Origin: a phage
Assembly (NCBI GenBank): GCA_024613925.1
Contig: GCA_024613925.1_4713.1
Reading direction: 5' to 3' (one strand)
Length of the DNA: 64,000 bases
Part shown: positions 58,037 through 64,000 of the stretch, piece after piece
Numbering within the stretch: position 1 is the first letter of the stretch
How the letters are laid out: the number at the start of each line of letters is the position of its first letter
Translations under genes and position numbers: made by a program
The notes under the pieces: generated by a model
The model's input: only the letters and a program-made list of their open reading frames with translations
What the model was told of the DNA's origin: nothing
The model's database searches: none

Positions 58037-58332
58037 AACAACCCTTCCCGTTTCATCGCAGCACGCATACTTGCGTAAAGCGCATTCTTCATTGCACCTG
58101 GACGCAACGGATAACAAATCTCATATCGACGTCCTTGTTTTACAGCAATTTTCCTTCCGTTCAGAAACAACGTACCATTATCCAGCAACAACTCACCTTG
58201 TAGTACCATGAGTCCTGCTTTAACATGACGTCCTTCTTCTTTCGTTAAGACCTTATAGCCGTGTTTATCCAATAACCACAATTCGTAGATACCATGCGCA
58301 GCCTTCGGCATTACTTTCTTCTTCGTCGTCAT
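58033..58332 (-). CDS. hypothetical protein
   Basis: 99-aa ORF. Confidence 0.5.
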   Translation of the reverse strand: MTTKKKVMPKAAHGIYELWLLDKHGYKVLTKEEGRHVKAGLMVLQGELLLDNGTLFLNGRKIAVKQGRRYEICYPLRPGAMKNALYASMRAAMKREGLL

Positions 58333-58344
58333 GGAAGATCCTCC

Positions 58345-58719
58345 TTAAACTCCTTGTCGGATCATCACCAACCGGAGCATGTTGTATTCCAATGTAGCGC
58401 TTTCTAATTCGAATTCATATCGATACCAGAAATTCGGCTCTAATTGACCTACAACACATTTACGAACATCTGTCTGCACCTTCCTCGACAACACCTGTAA
58501 CAGTTGTGTTATCTCCGGCTTGAAGTAATACGCCAAACCTAACTGATCAGAATAAAACAGGCCACAATCAAAGATGGCCTGTAAAATAACATATTCAACC
58601 ATCAGGTGACGCGCATCGGGGTCAGGGAATGGTGAACGTAAAGCGAGATCTAACACATCGACAATTGGGCCGACATAAATGGCGGCACGGTACTCACGAA
58701 TAACACTGATGTTATCCAT
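58345..58719 (-). CDS. hypothetical protein
   Basis: 124-aa ORF. Confidence 0.5.
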   Translation of the reverse strand: MDNISVIREYRAAIYVGPIVDVLDLALRSPFPDPDARHLMVEYVILQAIFDCGLFYSDQLGLAYYFKPEITQLLQVLSRKVQTDVRKCVVGQLEPNFWYRYEFELESATLEYNMLRLVMIRQGV

Positions 58720-58732
58720 GATAACCTATTCG

Positions 58733-59557
58733 TTAACTGTCGCTTTCTGATGTATCAACGTAGTTGAAAATACGATCCCGTAAACACTCATAACGAGGCA
58801 ACGCACTAAGAATGATCATCTTCAACTGCATCGCGATCGATATGCGTTCTTCATCCGATGCATCATCTCCCCATTTACCCGGCTTAACCTGAATAGGTTC
58901 ATGCGGATCCTGCGGGAATATAAAACTTAACAACAGATAATCCGTACGGAACTCCCACACTTCTCGACCGTCGTTATCGGTTTCCTTACGCAACGTGAAG
59001 AGTTGACGTTCGGTGGTTGGATCCAGCATCAGCGGTCGACCACGAACAATCTCCAGTTTACGTGGGCTGACGAACGTTGTACGTTCCGGAAGGTATTTTT
59101 CAACATCATCCGTATCCAGCAAGAACAAAATGATGTCGTCGAAATACTTCGGTGCGTACGTGTGTATCGGTTCACCATCGCTATACGAAGAGATCTCTTG
59201 GAGTATTGGTGTCTTACACGAAAAGTTCTGGCATGAACCACGGGTGATCGGTAAGGTGGCCCATTGGTGTTCTGTAGACAACTCAACTGGCACCAACGGA
59301 TAATCATCGATGAAGACCACGCACGTTGTGCTAATGGGTATTCTTCCATCATTACCTGGTTCAAAAACCAAACGTATCTTACCGGTAATCAGCGCCATCT
59401 CGTCCGGCATTAAATGGCTTGCTGAACGGGCAAGCCTGAAACCGGCCGCCTGTTTATAAGGTTCAGGTTTATAGCCACGGACAATAAGAGAGACATCCGC
59501 AAGTTCAACGCTCACGAATACATCTTTGGTGTCTTCATTGTTCGTCGTTAACGTCAT
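58733..59557 (-). CDS. hypothetical protein (N-terminal DTKDVFVSV motif)
   Basis: 274 aa; N-terminus resembles an internal segment of the next gene. Confidence 0.55.
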   Translation of the reverse strand: MTLTTNNEDTKDVFVSVELADVSLIVRGYKPEPYKQAAGFRLARSASHLMPDEMALITGKIRLVFEPGNDGRIPISTTCVVFIDDYPLVPVELSTEHQWATLPITRGSCQNFSCKTPILQEISSYSDGEPIHTYAPKYFDDIILFLLDTDDVEKYLPERTTFVSPRKLEIVRGRPLMLDPTTERQLFTLRKETDNDGREVWEFRTDYLLLSFIFPQDPHEPIQVKPGKWGDDASDEERISIAMQLKMIILSALPRYECLRDRIFNYVDTSESDS

Positions 59558-60572
59558 TGTTCATTTTCTCCATTGCAACGAATCGTTCAAGCTCGCGTAA
59601 TAAACGCTCTTTTAACGCAGGATCAACTTCCGGAGCATGTTTATCGCGATACCATTCGGTCCCGTTGTATTGCAGGCTAACATGCCATGTTCCTAACGGG
59701 CTTTCCTCTGCAGCGGCGATGAAATTCTTAACGCCGGTTTTGGTAGGATACTCCATGATAGGAACGGCCTGCTTCAGATCCATTACGGTAAGATCCTGGA
59801 AGTTATAATCCAGAAGCGTTAATGCGCGTTTGTCGCGTAGCAGTAGCCCGCAATCTAAGATGGTGAAATCGATACCCCAGAAACGTAACTTGCCTCCAAC
59901 CCCAACAGGGGTATGGCCACGATAAACCGCGAGATAAATCTCACCTTTATCGGTTTCTTTGTTGTACCCAGCAATAAAAGCAGCTGTGATTAATGGTTGG
60001 TGTCCTTTCGCTAAGAAGGCAGGGTGGTTATGATACAACCAGTCACTACGAATCAGATCGGTAACCTGACCTAAACGTGCTGTTGGTACCATCACCGATC
60101 CCAGAGTTTCATCAACAGGAACCTGGTAATATTCAAACAGAACACCATCAATTTCTTCGGTAGCGTAAGGCGTACGTGTGGGATCGTTAAGGAGTTTACG
60201 GAGTTTTGTGTCGATTTCGTTAACACGGCTACCCTGTTCTTTCTCGCGGCTTCCGATAACAAAAGCAACAAGATTGCGTACGCTAACAAAAACATCATCT
60301 TTCTCGGTGTCGCTAAGATCAGCTTCATCAGGCATTGTTGTCCAATGTAGTGGACCTTCAACAACCTTAAGCCATTTATCTTCGCGTTCAGGATAAACAA
60401 AAGGCTTATGCACAGGAACACTGGTGTGCTGAACACGTAATAACAGATTGCATAACGATGGTAATGTTTTCTCTAGAGGCGGCACTATACCACTCGTGAC
60501 AGCGATGACGTGACGATTAAGAACAAGAGAAGCTGAATAGGTGATGTTATCTAATCCTGGTAATTGATCCAT
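59535..60572 (-). CDS. hypothetical protein (TEKDDVFVSV motif); true start may be Met80 at 60335
   Basis: 345-aa ORF; MPDEADLSDTEKDDVFVSV at residue 80 parallels the N-terminus of 58733..59557. Confidence 0.5.
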   Translation of the reverse strand: MDQLPGLDNITYSASLVLNRHVIAVTSGIVPPLEKTLPSLCNLLLRVQHTSVPVHKPFVYPEREDKWLKVVEGPLHWTTMPDEADLSDTEKDDVFVSVRNLVAFVIGSREKEQGSRVNEIDTKLRKLLNDPTRTPYATEEIDGVLFEYYQVPVDETLGSVMVPTARLGQVTDLIRSDWLYHNHPAFLAKGHQPLITAAFIAGYNKETDKGEIYLAVYRGHTPVGVGGKLRFWGIDFTILDCGLLLRDKRALTLLDYNFQDLTVMDLKQAVPIMEYPTKTGVKNFIAAAEESPLGTWHVSLQYNGTEWYRDKHAPEVDPALKERLLRELERFVAMEKMNNDVNDEQ

Positions 60573-60873
60573 GATAGAAATCCTTATTGGTTGCGATTAA
60601 CATATTAAGTTTAAAAGAGGTTATGTTTTACGTCATATTCGATGTATGTATTAATGAATTAGAATACTTGTATTTTTAAGTGAGTATAATAATAGTAATA
60701 AACCTAAATTAATCTCTATTGCTTATTGTTCTATCTAAAGATAGTAAACAGATATAATGCTCCCCACCTCCCCATTCTCCCAAGTAATACTGGCCTACCG
60801 GCCCTCTCCTTTTTAAGGGAGAGAGTAAGCATTCAGTATTGCTCAAATGAATAAGCAAAACAGTATAAACTTA

Positions 60874-60897
60874 CCGTCTCGAGATAACTCGAGACGG
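60874..60897 (-). terminator. hairpin ccgtctcgag-ataa-ctcgagacgg followed by U-rich tract on minus strand
   Basis: 10-bp perfect stem, 4-nt loop, about 30 nt after stop of 60927..61280. Confidence 0.6.
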
Positions 60898-60926
60898 CGT
60901 AGTAGTATCTGTTTATCTCTTTTATG

Positions 60927-61280
60927 CTAACAGCCTATTTCTGCATGAACCTTTAACGATTCGAATACATCTTCCTTCTTTATCATCGTCTTGTATAAAC
61001 GTGATTGAGCAATGATCTTTATCCATTGTTGCGGATCGCGTAAATTCACATTTTCAAAACGGGGTGGGGTATTAGCTCCGTCGAGTCGGATATACCCTAA
61101 GAGCAATCCTTCATGGTCTCCTCGACGGATTTCGATATGCGGTTTGAGGAAGACACGATTGTCTGGTGGATACCAGCTTACGGTGTAGTAATGGTTTCCT
61201 GAAACAACGAATTCGTGAACGGTTTTTGTCTCGTCATCAATGACCGCATTTACGCTGGGAATCATTAATTTTTGAAGCAT
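60927..61280 (-). CDS. hypothetical protein
   Basis: 117-aa ORF. Confidence 0.5.
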   Translation of the reverse strand: MLQKLMIPSVNAVIDDETKTVHEFVVSGNHYYTVSWYPPDNRVFLKPHIEIRRGDHEGLLLGYIRLDGANTPPRFENVNLRDPQQWIKIIAQSRLYKTMIKKEDVFESLKVHAEIGC

Positions 61281-61864
61281 GGGACATAAACCTCCATCAA
61301 CATCGCATAAAGCGCACCAAGCCCATGCAGGACTTGGTTAGGTGCAAAGGTCGGAGTGTAACATACTTGTTCGGTCGGTGCTTGTTGACGTAAGTCTAAC
61401 GGATCTCCGTTAATAAGCATCTGCAGGAGATCAGCATCATCTTGCAATGTGTCTTCATCGATATACGCATCAACACAAAGCAGTCGGTGTAACTGTTCTG
61501 GTTTAATTGAAATACCGACAACCATGCAGTTGTTGTAAGTGGCGTTGTCCAGAAAGAAGTGAATGACGCCCGCTTGAGGATCGCCACCGTAGTGAAGCCA
61601 ACGCGTAAAACCGGCCGACATCATCCATAGCGGGTTGTGTTGTAACGCGCTGACGACGCGGGTCTCGAAATCCAAACCAAACTTCTGGAAGATTGCACCC
61701 ATCTGGAAACGATCTTCATCGAGACGGTAGCGGAATATACAGGCATCCGAACCGGTTGAATTATCATACACCGAAAGATACCCACGATGGATTTCCACGG
61801 TAACATTGTTGTCGTCAAGCGTAGCGCTCGCAACGCCGTTAGAAAAGGTTGGAACAAAGCTCAT
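61265..61864 (-). CDS. hypothetical protein
   Basis: 199-aa ORF. Confidence 0.55.
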   Translation of the reverse strand: MSFVPTFSNGVASATLDDNNVTVEIHRGYLSVYDNSTGSDACIFRYRLDEDRFQMGAIFQKFGLDFETRVVSALQHNPLWMMSAGFTRWLHYGGDPQAGVIHFFLDNATYNNCMVVGISIKPEQLHRLLCVDAYIDEDTLQDDADLLQMLINGDPLDLRQQAPTEQVCYTPTFAPNQVLHGLGALYAMLMEVYVPCFKN

Positions 61865-62412
61865 CTTGTAATCCTTAATTTACCTGAATGAATTATCGTT
61901 GATGGGTCCACGACGCGACCGTATTTCGCGTTACGTAATACACGATGCCCAAAGAAGTCAGCGGTTTCCAAAACAACCGTATAACAACCCAGCTGGTGTT
62001 GGTGTCCCCAAAACCGTTCAATGGGGATCCAGCAGGGCGACATACCTTTGTGTCGCCAATCCGTAACACAGCCGAATTCAGCAAACTGTTCAGTAAACCA
62101 CTCGTCAATGTCGGTATCCGTAAAGAGAAACACGTGGTTTTTAACCAGATAAGCGAACCCAGGATAAAAAAGCTGAGGGTCATCCGGGTCACGTAGATAA
62201 ATACGAAGTTTGTCTAGCGTACCCTCGACAACGATTGTATCGGGTAATCCTGGCGGCGTGAACCGAAGTTGGAAGTTATCCTCGTTTGCCGAGGCGTTAA
62301 CCAAATACCCCAGTTGAAGGGGTCGATGCAGTTCGAAAAGGTTAAACGTTAATGCATATTCGATATACTCTAATCCTATATTCATGTCTGGCCTATGTGG
62401 TATGGTCGGCAC
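61861..62412 (-). CDS. hypothetical protein
   Basis: 183-aa ORF. Confidence 0.55.
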   Translation of the reverse strand: MPTIPHRPDMNIGLEYIEYALTFNLFELHRPLQLGYLVNASANEDNFQLRFTPPGLPDTIVVEGTLDKLRIYLRDPDDPQLFYPGFAYLVKNHVFLFTDTDIDEWFTEQFAEFGCVTDWRHKGMSPCWIPIERFWGHQHQLGCYTVVLETADFFGHRVLRNAKYGRVVDPSTIIHSGKLRITR

Positions 62413-62517
62413 TGCATTGCCTTCCGCGAGTGTAATCAGGAAGGTAATGTAGGTTTATTTTAATCTCCATTTCGCGATGATATGACAGTCTTTATTACGT
62501 TTACCATCTGAGGGAGC

Positions 62518-63762
62518 ATGCTCATGTCTTCTATTTTACAGGTGTTTAATGCGCATGCGGAAGGCATTGACATCGACGAGTATTTTGTTAATCAGGTTAT
62601 CCGTTACGCGACGCGCTTCCGTACGCAAGACCAAGAACATATGCGTTTTTTCGGTGGGGTTCTGTTAGGTGTACAAAAAATCCGATTCACAACAAGACAT
62701 AACGATATGTGGTTTTCCGACGTCTTGATGATGGATGAAGAAAGCTTACGGCGCGATTTGAGTAAACTGCCCTTTTACAATACGCAGACCAACCGTGTCG
62801 CCTCAAACGCCTTTAACCTAAGTTGCTGTTGGTTGCTTTATGCGATCTTCCACAGCAAACAAATCAAAAAAGAAAAGGTTCGTGAAGCCGGGATGCTTGC
62901 AGCAATGCAAGTCCTCCATTATAAATTTATTTGTGGTCTGGTAGCACGACGTTATCCTTATAACGCCGATCCGGCTATCGCCATTAAGGCGTACGATGAG
63001 TTAACACTCAAATCAGGCATCAAGCGCATGAATAGCTGGAATGAGTACATCGACGAACGCTGTAATGCCATCATTGCGCGTAATAGTACACATTTCAGTC
63101 GTTGGTCAACCCTGGAACCTGATAGCGTCGCCGAACGTTTTGTACGTGATGTGAATACCGGAATCCGTAAGGTTATCAACCGTATCACCGATACGTACTA
63201 TGCGATGTATGAAGAGGGTAAGAAGATAGGCACGTCCTCTCAAACTGTAGAGTTAGACGATGGTCTCGCTGTCCGCGATATTAAACGCAACGAAACCACT
63301 TATCGTCAATATCTGTTCGAAATCGCTTATGACCGAACAAGTTTCGTTAAACGTGAACTCATGGTCGTCATACTCGACGTGCATCATACGACCAATCTTT
63401 TATCCCTTGAGCGAGCGTTAAGCTATATCAGCGCTAACGTAGAACGACCGACAAGAGACGGAAAACAGGTCTCTCAGATGTTGCGGCTTGTAATGGAGCA
63501 TGCTATCGAGTATATCATCTTGAATAAGGTCGATATGCGCGATCTTACGTTCTTATTCTACATGCGTAACGTGTACACGTCTAACCGTACCAGCAACCCG
63601 AAACTGTTGGAACTGCGTAAAATTGGCTCTGAAGTCATTAAGAAAGCAACCAACGCGAGAAACGACGCTGAAGCTGCGGCGACGCGCACCGGTGTCTTTC
63701 TGTATATCCTGCTTCGTGTGTTTAGCCGTAACTATTACGTTCGACGTGCGATGTCACGTTAA
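62518..63762 (+). CDS. hypothetical protein
   Basis: 414-aa ORF; TTTATTAC about 20 nt upstream of ATG. Confidence 0.55.
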   Translation: MLMSSILQVFNAHAEGIDIDEYFVNQVIRYATRFRTQDQEHMRFFGGVLLGVQKIRFTTRHNDMWFSDVLMMDEESLRRDLSKLPFYNTQTNRVASNAFNLSCCWLLYAIFHSKQIKKEKVREAGMLAAMQVLHYKFICGLVARRYPYNADPAIAIKAYDELTLKSGIKRMNSWNEYIDERCNAIIARNSTHFSRWSTLEPDSVAERFVRDVNTGIRKVINRITDTYYAMYEEGKKIGTSSQTVELDDGLAVRDIKRNETTYRQYLFEIAYDRTSFVKRELMVVILDVHHTTNLLSLERALSYISANVERPTRDGKQVSQMLRLVMEHAIEYIILNKVDMRDLTFLFYMRNVYTSNRTSNPKLLELRKIGSEVIKKATNARNDAEAAATRTGVFLYILLRVFSRNYYVRRAMSR

Positions 63763-63914
63763 CAATGTAACGGTAAAACTTTACTGACGTTGGTTATTAT
63801 TTGAAGCATAGGGCTTCACCCAGGAGTACCATCCCTTTAAGTCGTTTGTCCTCTCCTGGTTAACTGTCGTTCTCTCACAGTGCTCGACAGACCAAAAATG
63901 CTCAGGCCTCATAG

Positions 63915-63943
63915 CCTCCTCTGGGAATGGAACCCAGAGGAGG
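63915..63943. terminator. hairpin cctcctctggg-aatggaa-cccagaggagg
   Basis: 11-bp perfect stem about 150 nt after stop of 62518..63762. Confidence 0.45.
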
Positions 63944-64000
63944 ACTATGTTTGCCTTAAAATTCAATGCGACCTTTTGTCGTAAACAATACACCTCTTTG

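Noticed and set aside
835-63188. Many antisense ORFs of 60-190 aa embedded within longer genes on the other strand (for example 835..1203, 1904..2242, 10403..10822, 46011..46586, 46761..47165, 26356..26820)
   Set aside because: They are fully contained within better-supported genes on the opposite strand and have skewed composition typical of antisense frames.
63781-63993. 70-aa minus-strand ORF at the window end
   Set aside because: It spans a strong hairpin (63915..63943) in an apparently intergenic region after a plus-strand gene, and its translation is compositionally odd.
1-64000. tRNA genes, CRISPR arrays, transposases or insertion-sequence ends
   Set aside because: No cloverleaf-compatible segment with T-loop GTTCRA, no regularly spaced direct repeats and no transposase-like ORF were seen; a computational tRNA scan would be needed to exclude tRNAs firmly.

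Overview
This 64-kb window reads as part of a large (jumbo) phiKZ-like, nucleus-forming phage genome, probably from an enterobacterial host; that identification is inferred from motifs I recognise by eye, not from any database search. It carries about 90 protein-coding genes, mostly on the minus strand in tightly packed blocks, with five short plus-strand islands (18771..22410, 31623..31976, 47918..49012, 56667..57509, 62518..63762). Recognisable products are a thymidylate synthase with two insertions, split multisubunit RNA polymerase genes (beta-prime N-terminal fragment, beta-prime C-terminal fragment, beta), a tubulin-like PhuZ, a candidate chimallin, an SNF2 helicase, an SF2 helicase, a DEDDh exonuclease, two metallophosphoesterases, an HD-domain protein, a PolB-like protein, an SSB-like protein and a DUF285-repeat protein. 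The main finding is that the beta-prime N-terminal gene is interrupted inside the codons of the catalytic NADFDGD motif by two tandem ORF-less group I intron cores (43695..44419, minus strand) flanking a 13-nt micro-exon (44029..44041) that encodes the D-G-D aspartates. Secondary findings are a 25-nt promoter-like motif repeated four times, AATGACGTCATT palindromes, and a family of CCUCC/GGAGG-stem hairpins at gene ends. No tRNA, rRNA, CRISPR array or transposase was recognised. Most small ORFs are 'hypothetical' and their starts are uncertain.
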